Below, one piece after another: positions 50,501 to 59,704 of a DNA stretch of 64,000 bases; within the stretch, counting starts at the first letter, position 1; the number at the start of each line of letters is the position of its first letter. The position numbers and the translations under genes were made by a program. Below the pieces are notes generated by a model. That model was not told where the DNA came from, searched no databases, and saw only the letters and a list, made by a program, of their open reading frames with translations. The stretch comes from Bacteriovoracaceae bacterium (GTDB lineage Bacteria; Bdellovibrionota; Bacteriovoracia; Bacteriovoracales; Bacteriovoracaceae), in NCBI GenBank assembly GCA_048270185.1, contig JBLWTJ010000001.1, positions 256,001 through 320,000 on the forward strand, given 5' to 3'.

Positions 50501-51813
50501 GAGGAGCAGCAATTCGTTTGATTGATCCATTTCTCCCTGATATGAGCTCTTTTTATAATACGTCATATTCATCAAAAACTAAGATTCCGTATAACTCTAC
50601 TGCAGATAGTGTACATAATTATCATGAATTAACAGATGATATTGCAAACTTCTATCGCTCACATGCTGCTGGTTACTTTATGTCGAGTTTAGTATCTGTG
50701 GATAATGGAAGTGATACTGAGAATGCAGACCGCGAACGTATGGCAAAGGACTTTGGTCAATATGCTTACCGTTTCCATTTCTTTGCACCAAAAGTGAGTA
50801 AACTTGATTACTATATTACTCCAGGTCTTATTCCATACTTTGAATTATTAATTTCAAAACTTAATAATTATATGGGGCAAAGCCTTGCGAACCTTTCAGC
50901 TTCTGCTGCCTATGCTCTGCAAATGCATAATTACTATTATAATGTAAATGAAGGCTTAAATGCTTCAACACAGATAGAGCGAAAAGAGACTCACCAAGGT
51001 ATTCCAAGTATTGTTCTAACAAATGATTTTGGTAAGTTTACAAATTGGCTCTCAGGCTTTAGTACTGCCGGAAATGGCTTTAATTCGTTACTAAGTGACG
51101 ATGGTTCAGCTAACTCGACTTTAAAGGGTAAGATTCGTGATGGTGTTGGCTCTGGGACAAATGCTATTTCACAGGTTTCAAAAGGTGTCTCAAAGCAGAT
51201 TGAACGAAATGAGCGTCGAATCGCCGATCGTAAACTTATGGCAGAAACCCTTGCTAAAAGAGGGAAAAGTGGTGACATGGATAGGCTACAAAAACTTGCT
51301 GATAAGAGAAGCAGTGAACATTCAAGTGTCCTATCTTCTCTGACTGATTCATTCATAAACTCGACTTTTGGTAAAGATAGTTCGGCAGCAAGAAGACGTG
51401 CCAGAAATGCTCAAGAAGATGAAGCGACTAAAGATAAGCTTGCTGGTCAACAAGAAGGACTTACACAAGAAGCAATCAATCCGGATGCTAATAAGTCATC
51501 TAGTAGTGCAGCTGCTAAGTCATCTTCACGAAATGGAGAAAAATCAAAAGAAGAAATTTCCGTTCTAACTTTTGATAATTTAGACGAAGCACAAGGCCTC
51601 TTTGATATGGATAATGAACAACTTGTTATGCTCGGTGATAAGAAGATGACTGCTGGCCAACTGAAAAATTATATTGCTGGCCTAAAGGATTCAGATAAGA
51701 AGCAAAATGATATTAGAAAGCAAGATGATCAATGGGAGAGGGATGGTGTTTCACTATTTCAGCTTATTTCAAAGCGCTATAAAATATCAGCATTTCCAAA
51801 AGTATTAAAATAA
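47587..51813 (+). CDS. Giant secreted Cys-rich hypothetical protein
   Basis: 1408 aa; signal peptide VFA|Q; N-terminal Cys-rich modules; GAGGG RBS. Confidence 0.85.
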   Translation: MLSLVRKLILLMTLTSLHVFAQDSDISKLIKEETTKLTQIISASTKLDEKAIKKYISENYEGTSSEYQDLVIRELKKVSSGRRAETLAKILLTERKFIKAGEACYSVTNQCLGQMVCDFPLASNPASAFEKCLTPKEENQACSPEVDICLSGSCKKITRLTDINTCTTEKNSCKRDSECCSNSCDKKTKTCNAQFTCSKCFSVGQKPGKKGECCESLFKNSRGVCSPILPAFSNIFQMLNWIIPEANAAENSAELKGQVEATKTKLQALLESNNVNSSKSQTYINSISSSIETCNSKPISTNYDHGQRDYPRKDCFEALQVRIGAEYNHQIAVQAKVNEATKLLDDYEPIARGNPKHPQHTQEAYDQFEAPFKQAMTNCINRHSSLGTNQDSRLSEINKCVDATKDNINDAIIEADYLLTLNGGESTAPDYNLFNGAQAASPLFKDVQISDMRACRVNLFGDYLAAQPNSYFEIMMMMFAMDYTTGGKDEGDYFHIKSQYNTEKRASGNMTGTSNQTYNWNVQTNAMRGYDLERFDPGVVGKGRALWDEFDYSVGEGALNEITNYLANLPEEERKIFLHLYYNGKVDGATNDRIINYYMKQDDSYISNFSGNNPKAGAGRYNIRDVVRFEAIKYKHSMYKLYSILKKRSLEMMCRCVDTVGPMEKEGWLESDVEANYLANCNGLGKYDTFVVDNDKEVCDENGANCKKVSDKDYIDTIKQKQADGLEEVGGTSAISENSVGKKIVNNGDYNIVDRQNDYFVNTLDRVTSCIGSGECSKTSRYSEFVKQNKVSFTEIRKETAKGDGLDFSLFLRDMTLMKIKAIEDATLQNINHGTALFEYTVQWLKEYNFTYLKYEGERYTKSKKCLYPVCFILEKLKFLGSFINKLLAASVNLSSLGFVIGGDFNIDLDPPRGPENICGPRTKSRWKKLGVTIGKKYKIKCMKFHARANDVCNKVFASGSCTRNSYVKREGGAAIRLIDPFLPDMSSFYNTSYSSKTKIPYNSTADSVHNYHELTDDIANFYRSHAAGYFMSSLVSVDNGSDTENADRERMAKDFGQYAYRFHFFAPKVSKLDYYITPGLIPYFELLISKLNNYMGQSLANLSASAAYALQMHNYYYNVNEGLNASTQIERKETHQGIPSIVLTNDFGKFTNWLSGFSTAGNGFNSLLSDDGSANSTLKGKIRDGVGSGTNAISQVSKGVSKQIERNERRIADRKLMAETLAKRGKSGDMDRLQKLADKRSSEHSSVLSSLTDSFINSTFGKDSSAARRRARNAQEDEATKDKLAGQQEGLTQEAINPDANKSSSSAAAKSSSRNGEKSKEEISVLTFDNLDEAQGLFDMDNEQLVMLGDKKMTAGQLKNYIAGLKDSDKKQNDIRKQDDQWERDGVSLFQLISKRYKISAFPKVLK

Positions 51814-51847
51814 AAAAAAAGGCCGGATTATTTAATGTCCGGCCTTT
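51812..51847. terminator. Bidirectional intrinsic terminator
   Basis: AAAGGCCGGA...TCCGGCCTTT. Confidence 0.8.
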
Positions 51848-51856
51848 ATATTTTAT

Positions 51857-53212
51857 CTATGATCCAGCGATCATTAAATTTGAAAAGAGAATCTTTGGTG
51901 TAAAGAATGAATTATCACTTGAAGATTCGATCTTATCTGAAATTAATTCAATTTCACTAAGCATCTTAAAGAAGTTTCCACTAACTGTAACATCCTTAAA
52001 ATAGCCTTCAATTTCTCCATTATTCCAAACACGTCCACTTACTCCGAGTGAGAACTCACCACTAATTGGACGAATTCCACTGTGAAGTCCTTGTGCCGTA
52101 AGGATTTCAACATAGCGACGAGAGTTAAAATCGTCTTGCGTATTTGATCCTGCTTCAATCAAGAAGTTTGAGGTCGTTGCAGAAAGCCCTGACTTGGCCC
52201 CTCTTGTTGCACAGAAGTTATTAGTGAGGCCAAGCTCTTTTGCTGTGGCACTATTGTGTAAGAATTGGACTAGCTTACCATTTTCAAGAAGTGTATTTAC
52301 TTGCTTTTTCTTTCCTTCACCGTCAAATGGGCACACACTATATCCCTTCGTAAAGAAAGGATCATCCTTAAATGTAAGTCTACTATCAGCTACCAGTTCT
52401 CCTAGTTTATCTTTCCAAGGATTTGACTTGTTGATTGCTGCTCTTGCACTAAAAAGTAACATAAAGCTTGAAAGAATATCGTCAAATAGGTCGATTTCAA
52501 AATTGACATCGTAATTACCTGTTTTGATTTGAGAAGCATCGATGAAATTATTAGCTACTTCGAGAGAGCCATTGATGACTTTGTCATAATCAAGATTTCT
52601 AAAATCTCTCTTTGTGTCGGCCAGGTAGTGCATGGCATTTTTATCGCCTTTTTTAATGAGGGCCGACGTATATGCAGTATATGATTTTGATTGATGTGTA
52701 CAAAGAACACCTTTAGAATTTCCGATGGCAAAGTTTGAAACACCTTCAGCTATACCGTTATAAGGTGCACTTTGACAGTTTGAATCACGCTTACGTACTT
52801 CACTTTCGAGAAAGAGTGATTTTTCAATCATCTCATTTGCATCCGGAGAATATTCAACGTTAACACTTGGGTTAGCATCATCTAGTGCTGTTCCTTCTTC
52901 TATTACCTGGTATTCATCAACTTTAGAGTACTTTGAATTTGCAAGGGCATTTTCTAGTGTTATCTTAATTGCTTCATCACTTAAGTCTTCAGTGAAGCTT
53001 ATTCCAACTCTTTGCTCACTGATAACTCGAACTCCAAGAGCACCAGTATTGGCCTTTTTATACTCACTAAGTTCACCTTGCTCTGCTTTTAAAGAAAAGG
53101 CTTCTGAGCCAGAAATAATAACATCAAGGTCTTTAATGCCTATGTCGCGGGCCATATCAAGAGTACGAGCTATATATTCTTTTTGCTGTTTTGTTTTATT
53201 ATTTGTGCTCAT
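51857..53212 (-). CDS. pmbA: TldE/PmbA metalloprotease partner
   Basis: DDP, PFDGEG, GLHSG..PISGEFS, VSGNFF; lacks HExxH; coupled to tldD. Confidence 0.88.
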   Translation of the reverse strand: MSTNNKTKQQKEYIARTLDMARDIGIKDLDVIISGSEAFSLKAEQGELSEYKKANTGALGVRVISEQRVGISFTEDLSDEAIKITLENALANSKYSKVDEYQVIEEGTALDDANPSVNVEYSPDANEMIEKSLFLESEVRKRDSNCQSAPYNGIAEGVSNFAIGNSKGVLCTHQSKSYTAYTSALIKKGDKNAMHYLADTKRDFRNLDYDKVINGSLEVANNFIDASQIKTGNYDVNFEIDLFDDILSSFMLLFSARAAINKSNPWKDKLGELVADSRLTFKDDPFFTKGYSVCPFDGEGKKKQVNTLLENGKLVQFLHNSATAKELGLTNNFCATRGAKSGLSATTSNFLIEAGSNTQDDFNSRRYVEILTAQGLHSGIRPISGEFSLGVSGRVWNNGEIEGYFKDVTVSGNFFKMLSEIELISDKIESSSDNSFFTPKILFSNLMIAGS

Positions 53213-54600
53213 TACTTACCTCCACCCACTAAAATTTCATCAACTTTTAGGGCCGGTTGACCTACTGTTGTATTGACTCCTCCTGATACTGATCCACAAA
53301 CACCAGCTGCAAAGTCTAGATTATCTGCAACCATTGAGATCTGCTTAAGAGTTTCAGGACCTGTTCCAATAAGAGTTGCACCTTTAACTGGATCACCGAT
53401 TTTTCCGTTTTTAATTTCATATCCCTCAATTACTGAGAAGTTAAATTCTCCTGTACCAGGACTAACGGAACCACCACCCATTTGTGCACAGTAAATACCA
53501 TGCTCTATTGACGAGATCATGTCTTCAAATTTATCTTTTCCTGCTTCAATATATGTATTTCTCATTCTTGAAGTTGGAGCATACTTATATGATTCACGAC
53601 GAGCAGATCCTGTTCTTTCAAAGCCAGTCTTCATGGCCCCAAGTTTATCAACCATAAAACTTGTCAGCTTCCCATCTTTAATCAGTTGAGTTTTTTGTGT
53701 CTTCATACCTTCATCATCAATATTGATCGATCCCCAGTAATTCTGATTTGTTCCATCATCAACGGCACTAACAACACTTGAAGCAATCATTTGATCCATC
53801 TTATCCCAGAAGACAGAGGCCTTCTTAGCAACAGAAGTAGTTTCAAGTAAGTGACCACAAGCTTCGTGGAAGATAACCCCACCAAATCCATTATCAATAA
53901 CAACAGGCATTTTTCCCGCTGGACATGGCTTGGCCTTAAGTTTTGTTAGTACTTCCTTGGCAAGCTTTTCTGAAATAAATTTTGGGTCTTGTCCTTCAAT
54001 GAATTCCCATCCAAGCATCGCTCCTGGTGAGTAGCCAGCACTATCTTGTATATTGCCGTCACTTGCAATACAAGCAGCTCTTAGGCGCACATAATTTCTT
54101 TCATCTGTAATATGAAGCCCTTCAGAATTAAAAATTTCAATTTCTTGAAAACGAAGATTCGTTCCAATAGGGACTTGTGTGATTTTATCACTGGCGGCTC
54201 TAGTGTATTCATCAATCTTCATAAGAAGAGGTATCTTCTGGTCAAGAGAAATATTATTTTGAAGTCCTGCTTGTACAAAGTGATTTTGAAGAGGCTTTTC
54301 ATAATTAAAGTTTGTAAGAGAATTTACTGGATCTCGTCGATCCTTTGCACTTAGAGAATTAACGATCTCTAAGAGTTCTTCTTTATTTGTTGAATTTGTA
54401 TAACCATAAAGTACTTTGGTTCCGTAGAACAGTCGGATACCAATTCCAAAATTGATTCCATTTTCTATATTATCAACTTTTGAATTCTTAATATCGATTG
54501 ATTCAAAACTTTGTCGATCGACAAAAACTTCTGCAAAGTCAGCTCCTCTTAAAAGAGCGAAGTCGATGACTTCTTTTGCAGTATTACTATCTAACATCAT
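53212..54600 (-). CDS. tldD: TldD metalloprotease
   Basis: FHEACGH, DDEG, RRESY..P.SRMRNT, G.CG, VGQP. Confidence 0.93.
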   Translation of the reverse strand: MMLDSNTAKEVIDFALLRGADFAEVFVDRQSFESIDIKNSKVDNIENGINFGIGIRLFYGTKVLYGYTNSTNKEELLEIVNSLSAKDRRDPVNSLTNFNYEKPLQNHFVQAGLQNNISLDQKIPLLMKIDEYTRAASDKITQVPIGTNLRFQEIEIFNSEGLHITDERNYVRLRAACIASDGNIQDSAGYSPGAMLGWEFIEGQDPKFISEKLAKEVLTKLKAKPCPAGKMPVVIDNGFGGVIFHEACGHLLETTSVAKKASVFWDKMDQMIASSVVSAVDDGTNQNYWGSINIDDEGMKTQKTQLIKDGKLTSFMVDKLGAMKTGFERTGSARRESYKYAPTSRMRNTYIEAGKDKFEDMISSIEHGIYCAQMGGGSVSPGTGEFNFSVIEGYEIKNGKIGDPVKGATLIGTGPETLKQISMVADNLDFAAGVCGSVSGGVNTTVGQPALKVDEILVGGGK

Positions 54601-54665
54601 ATATCCTCCAAATGTTGAGATATTTTAACAAATAAATGGATTGAATAAAAGGTAATAGGAGTTAT

Positions 54666-56006
54666 TTAGGCAGCTTCTTTTACTTCTTTGAGCTTATCCT
54701 GAACACGTTTTACTGAAGGGCCGTGTCGATCACTGCGATCTCCTGCACGGCGTGATGTCATTGATTCTAGACTTTCAAGAAGATCACTATGGCGAGAAGT
54801 TATCTCATCAAATTTTTCCTTATCGAGGCGATAGAGTTCACAATAACCAATGGCGCGAACATTGGCGTTTCGCTTTGTGTCGTATAAGAGGGCACTTTCA
54901 CCAAAGAATTGTCCTTCGTGAAGAGTGGCAACGACATTTCCATCGCTAAGGATGATTTCAACGCTTCCGTGACCGATAAGATACATCTCCTGGCCCGTTT
55001 CACCGATATTGATGATCGTTTGTCCAGGACCGTAGTACTTTTGCTCCAGTGCTCCGGCCACTTCTTTTAGACAACTTGCTGAAAGTTTTTTAAATATAGG
55101 CAGATTTCTAATGAGTTTAATATTCATGTAAATTGTTAACTCACCTTGAAGGGCCTGAGGTAGTTCATTGATGATCTTGTTATCATTTTCAGTTAGGCGC
55201 TTTGTTACAAGATGGTTGTAGTAACTAAAAACATTTTGCTGAAGTCGTTCCGGAACATTATAGTGTTTCATAAAACTAATTAAGTCTTGAACTTTCTCTC
55301 TGTTTTGTTGCTTATAGCGCTCACCATCTTGAACCATCTTTGTTACCGTACCGATAACAAAACCGTAAACACCAACACCAAGAATCATGATGACCATTGT
55401 AAAAAGTCGCCCTTGATTATTTGTCGGTGTGATATCTCCATAACCAATTGTTGTCAGTGTCGTTACTGTCCAATACATGGCCGTAATATAGTGAGTGAGT
55501 CGATCTTGAACAAGTGAAGCCTCAATTGGTGCGATCATAATCCAACACAGACTAATCCAGTGAACCGCAACCATAAAGACTGTGACAAGGGCCGTGAACT
55601 TAATAAATTTCGGAACAAAAGCAAGATTTGAAACGATTTCAAAAAGTCTCGCAACTCGAACAAGTCTAAATAGTCTAAAATAAGTAAAGGCGTGTAGGCC
55701 AAGAGAGTAGCTTAAAATATCATATGGAATTGAAGCAATACAATCAATCGCCATAAGAGCATACCATTTTCTCTTATGTGACTTACTTGAAAAGCTCATA
55801 TTCTGTGCTCTTTTCTTTTTAAGTCGCCAGATTAAATCGCCAACAAATACTGATGACACAAAGAAATCCGTAAATAATTGCCAAGATTGAATTTTGGTTT
55901 GAAAGACAAATGAGAATGGAGCTTCAATAGCTGTAAAAATCACGGCAATAAAGATTATTGCATTCCAGACGATTTCTTTTTTTGTGATTTGCTTATTGTT
56001 GATCAT
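54666..56006 (-). CDS. Cyclic-nucleotide-gated K+ channel (6TM, C-linker, cNBD)
   Basis: S4 RLFRLVRVARL, selectivity filter TTIGYGD, cNBD GQFFGESAL...RNANVRA. Confidence 0.92.
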   Translation of the reverse strand: MINNKQITKKEIVWNAIIFIAVIFTAIEAPFSFVFQTKIQSWQLFTDFFVSSVFVGDLIWRLKKKRAQNMSFSSKSHKRKWYALMAIDCIASIPYDILSYSLGLHAFTYFRLFRLVRVARLFEIVSNLAFVPKFIKFTALVTVFMVAVHWISLCWIMIAPIEASLVQDRLTHYITAMYWTVTTLTTIGYGDITPTNNQGRLFTMVIMILGVGVYGFVIGTVTKMVQDGERYKQQNREKVQDLISFMKHYNVPERLQQNVFSYYNHLVTKRLTENDNKIINELPQALQGELTIYMNIKLIRNLPIFKKLSASCLKEVAGALEQKYYGPGQTIINIGETGQEMYLIGHGSVEIILSDGNVVATLHEGQFFGESALLYDTKRNANVRAIGYCELYRLDKEKFDEITSRHSDLLESLESMTSRRAGDRSDRHGPSVKRVQDKLKEVKEAA

Positions 56007-56054
56007 TATTCTCTACTAATTGGACATGGCCCCATCTTCTATGTTCAATATTTT

Positions 56055-56081
56055 TAATCGGTTCATTTGTGAATTTCTTTA
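56055..56081 (-). promoter_or_regulatory. sigma28-like promoter
   Basis: Minus strand TAAA-N15-ACCGATTA. Confidence 0.55.
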
Positions 56082-56136
56082 ATGATTTTGCTAGGTTTTT
56101 TAATTGTTAAATTTTCGTCAACTAAACCGGTTTTCG

Positions 56137-56165
56137 TTGACCACAATTGGCCCAAATTTTAAAAT
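56137..56165 (+). promoter_or_regulatory. sigma70 promoter of htpX
   Basis: TTGACC-N17-TAAAAT. Confidence 0.65.
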
Positions 56166-56200
56166 GCAGTGGTAATTATTAATTTTTTTTTGGAGACTAA

Positions 56201-57091
56201 ATGCAACGTTTCTTTCTATTCTTTCTAACTAATATACTTGTTGTTGCAACAATTGGAGTTGTTCTTAACTTGTTAGGAATTCGTGGTTATATCACATCCC
56301 AGGGACTTAATTTTGAGGCCCTATTAATTATTTGCTCAATCTGGGGCTTTGGGGGCTCTTTTATTTCTTTGGCCCTATCCAAATTCTTTGCCAAGATGGC
56401 CTACCGAATGGAGAGAATTGAGCCTACCGATCCTGAGTTTGGTTGGGTTGCCGCAAGTGCTTATCAATATGCTCGTGCTTCAGGAATTTCAAATCCAGAA
56501 GTCTATGTATATCAATCAAATGAAGTAAATGCCTTTGCCACAGGCCCTAGTCGTAATAACTCAATGGTTGCAGTCTCGTATGGATTAATTCATTCAATGA
56601 ATCGCGACGAAGCCGAAGGTGTTATCGCCCATGAAGTGGCCCATATTGCCAATGGTGATATGGTGACAATGGCCCTTGTACAAGGTGTTGTGAATGCCTT
56701 TGTTATGGTTTTATCTCGTGTTGCGGCCTTTGCAATTTCAAATGCTATGAGAGGAGAAGATGAAGAAGGCCCTGGGATTGGCCCATTTGCCCATATGTTT
56801 CTAGTAATGGCCCTTGATATGTTATTTGGCCTTCTTGCTATGCCTGTAACAATGTGGTTCTCACGCTATCGTGAATATCGTGCTGATGCAGGAAGTGCAA
56901 GGCTTGCAGGACGAGAGAAAATGATTGCGGCCCTTGAGCGCTTAAAGACGAGTTCAATGATGATTGATAAAGGGGAGCCAAATCTTGCGGCCTTTAAAAT
57001 TTCATCTTCAGCTTCAATGGTTGAGCTTTTTAGTTCTCACCCTAGTTTAGAAAAGCGAATTCACGCTCTTCAGAGAAGTTCTAACATTTAA
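56201..57091 (+). CDS. htpX: Zinc metalloprotease HtpX
   Basis: NAFATG, HEVAHIANGDMVT, SRYREYRAD, SHP...KRI. Confidence 0.96.
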   Translation: MQRFFLFFLTNILVVATIGVVLNLLGIRGYITSQGLNFEALLIICSIWGFGGSFISLALSKFFAKMAYRMERIEPTDPEFGWVAASAYQYARASGISNPEVYVYQSNEVNAFATGPSRNNSMVAVSYGLIHSMNRDEAEGVIAHEVAHIANGDMVTMALVQGVVNAFVMVLSRVAAFAISNAMRGEDEEGPGIGPFAHMFLVMALDMLFGLLAMPVTMWFSRYREYRADAGSARLAGREKMIAALERLKTSSMMIDKGEPNLAAFKISSSASMVELFSSHPSLEKRIHALQRSSNI

Positions 57092-57157
57092 TAACAATTA
57101 TTGTTCCTTAGCTCCTCATGTCTCATAATTAAGTGTTAACACATGAGGAGTTAAATT

Positions 57158-58459
57158 ATGAAGAAGCTAATTCTAGGAGCAACGATGCTCCTAAGCCTTT
57201 CGATCCAGGCACATTCAAGCGGATCTAATCCATCTAAAGTTCTTACTATCAATGCTAAGTCAAATTATGCAAAGACACTAAAAATCCTACATAAAGAGGG
57301 CTTTGATGTACTTGGTGTCGATATCAAAAACGAACTTATAGATGTTGCCCTTACTAAAGAAGAATTCAATGATTTCAAATCTTATAACTTCCAAGTGTTA
57401 GAGGAGAGAAATGATGCCCTGACAGCTTCAATCGATGAGCGCTATATGAACTCACAAGAGGTTGCAAGCTTTATTGAAGAGTATGCAAAGAAGTATCCGG
57501 CCATTGCAAAGAAGATCAACCTTGGTGAAACGCTAGAAGGGCGAAATATCTTTGCCATGAAGATTTCAGATAATGTTGATTTAGATGAGGCAAGCGAGCC
57601 TTCTGTTTTATTTAATGGAATGCACCACTCACGAGAAATTATGACGGTCGAAGTGACGACAGATATAATTAAAGAGCTTTTAACAAAATATGGAAAAGAC
57701 GATAAGGTTACACATTGGGTTGATAGCAATGAAATCTATGTTCTTCCTATTGTAAATATTGATGGAAACGTCAAGGTTTGGGAAGGGGAGAATATGTGGC
57801 GTAAGAATGCACGAGGTGGATACGGAGTTGATATCAACCGAAACTATCCAACAAATTGGAATGCTTGTAATGGTTCAAGTGGATGGAAGTATTCTCAAAC
57901 ATATCGTGGAAGTGAAGCGGCCAGTGAGCCAGAGACAAATGTTCTTATGAATTTTGTTTCAATGATTAAGCCAGTCTTTAATATTTCATACCACGCTTAC
58001 TCTGAACTTGTTATTTACCCTTATGGTTGTAAGGGCCAAAGAACGGCCAATAAAGAAGTTGTCGAAGGAATTGGTAAAGAGCTTGGTGCAACTCTAAACT
58101 ACGTACCGGGGACTTCATGGGAAACTCTGTATTCAGTTGATGGCTCTGATATTGATTGGATGTATCAAGAGGAACAAGTTATTCCTTATGTTATCGAAGT
58201 AAGCCCTCGTTCAGATGGTTTTCAGCCTCCATATAGTAAGCGTGATGCAACTGTTGAGCTAAATCGTAAAGGTTGGCAATTACTACTTGATAAGTTAGAT
58301 GGCCCAATGGTTCGTGGTATCAAAAAGGACGCTAAGACGATTAAAGTAATTAGTGAAAATTTTGAAACGCAGTATCGTATCAATCCAGATGGAAGCTACT
58401 TTGTCGTTCTTCCAAAGGGATCAAAGATTCAAGATTTTGAAATATCTTTTAATAAGTAA
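57158..58459 (+). CDS. Secreted M14 zinc carboxypeptidase (carboxypeptidase T-like)
   Basis: HHSRE, WRKN, GVDINRNY, SEPET, SYHAY, IEV. Confidence 0.92.
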   Translation: MKKLILGATMLLSLSIQAHSSGSNPSKVLTINAKSNYAKTLKILHKEGFDVLGVDIKNELIDVALTKEEFNDFKSYNFQVLEERNDALTASIDERYMNSQEVASFIEEYAKKYPAIAKKINLGETLEGRNIFAMKISDNVDLDEASEPSVLFNGMHHSREIMTVEVTTDIIKELLTKYGKDDKVTHWVDSNEIYVLPIVNIDGNVKVWEGENMWRKNARGGYGVDINRNYPTNWNACNGSSGWKYSQTYRGSEAASEPETNVLMNFVSMIKPVFNISYHAYSELVIYPYGCKGQRTANKEVVEGIGKELGATLNYVPGTSWETLYSVDGSDIDWMYQEEQVIPYVIEVSPRSDGFQPPYSKRDATVELNRKGWQLLLDKLDGPMVRGIKKDAKTIKVISENFETQYRINPDGSYFVVLPKGSKIQDFEISFNK

Positions 58460-59543
58460 AAGCTTCTAAAATATTCATCCCCTTCTTCACATTGGAAGAA
58501 GGGGCATGATTAATCACAATACCATCTGTTGGTGCAAGAATAGGGGTAATGGCCTCTTCGAGCTTATTTAATTTATCAAAGTGATAGAGACTCATGATCT
58601 TTTCACCCTTTTTAAATTTAGCACCTGGGGCCTTGTGATATTCGATAAAGCCTGTCTTTGGTGCAAAGAAGCTCTTATAATTTTCTAGCTTACAGTAAAT
58701 TGCTTCATTCTTATGTGTTGCAATTTCTTGATCTTCAACAACACCTCTTCGAACTAGGTAATTATATATATTAATAGCGTCAGTGTGGCCTGCCTTTGAG
58801 TCAATTATCTCTTCACTTCCTAGCTCAAGAGTATAAGATTCAAAGTGATTTTGGCCTCCCATTACTTGATAGTATCTAACCCAAGGATAGAAGCTTGCTT
58901 CATCCATGGCACCACCAAACTCTGGAGGGATAATAAGATTAAATGGAAAGTTTAAATCTTGCATCTTTGTTTCAAGATAATCCGCTCCATAGAGATAGCG
59001 ACAACCAACTCCTGCAGTATGAAGATCTAAGACTATATCAGCATCGCTGGCAAGTTCTTGGAGCGTGATAAAGAGATTCTTATTCTCATCAATACCGTAT
59101 TTTTCATGGGCCTTACGGTACTCAGACACTTTATTCTTAAGAAGTTCTTTGTATCCATTAATATCTTTTGCTTCTTTGATTTCTTCATCGCTAATAGCAC
59201 CGTATCCTTCTTTTTGCGAAAAAAAGTTTAGATACATACGATTCCAATTATCGCCAGTTATAGGATTGAAGCGGCCATATGTGTAAGTTCCCATCTTATT
59301 TGAAGTTGCATAAGGGTTTGCATTGGGAACAAAAGTAATTTTCGAGTTGATCTTCTTATCTTCTAAGAGATTAACTAATTTTAAGATGGCCATATTCCCT
59401 TGTAACTCAGCACCATGTACATTGGCCTGAATATAGACGATAGGAGAGTCGGGCCTAATATGCTCTGGTGTGATTTCGAAAATATTGAGCAGATACTTTG
59501 CTTGATTCGTTTCATCGATCTCAATAACTTTCTTCTTTAGCAT
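58449..59543 (-). CDS. Succinylglutamate desuccinylase / aspartoacylase-family protein
   Basis: ANVHGAE, NWNR, LDLHT, TLELG; GGAG RBS favours start 59543. Confidence 0.88.
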   Translation of the reverse strand: MLKKKVIEIDETNQAKYLLNIFEITPEHIRPDSPIVYIQANVHGAELQGNMAILKLVNLLEDKKINSKITFVPNANPYATSNKMGTYTYGRFNPITGDNWNRMYLNFFSQKEGYGAISDEEIKEAKDINGYKELLKNKVSEYRKAHEKYGIDENKNLFITLQELASDADIVLDLHTAGVGCRYLYGADYLETKMQDLNFPFNLIIPPEFGGAMDEASFYPWVRYYQVMGGQNHFESYTLELGSEEIIDSKAGHTDAINIYNYLVRRGVVEDQEIATHKNEAIYCKLENYKSFFAPKTGFIEYHKAPGAKFKKGEKIMSLYHFDKLNKLEEAITPILAPTDGIVINHAPSSNVKKGMNILEAFTY

Positions 59544-59704
59544 AAGGGGCTCCATGTCTGATAATGCCATCTATTTAAGTCAGCGACTTTTCAATATTTT
59601 TAGTCTAACTCCCTAATTATACAACAAAAGCCGTAAGTTGTTTGAATTAATCAATAATTAAATAATAATTAAGTAATTCAGGGCTTTTGGACGATAAGGA
59701 TGTG

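Noticed and set aside
46092..54600. RiPP cluster (radical SAM + Cys-rich protein + TldD/PmbA)
   Set aside because: The radical SAM enzyme is a PLP aminomutase without SPASM or RRE domains. There is no short precursor, YcaO or transporter, and tldD-pmbA is convergent and separated by a terminator.
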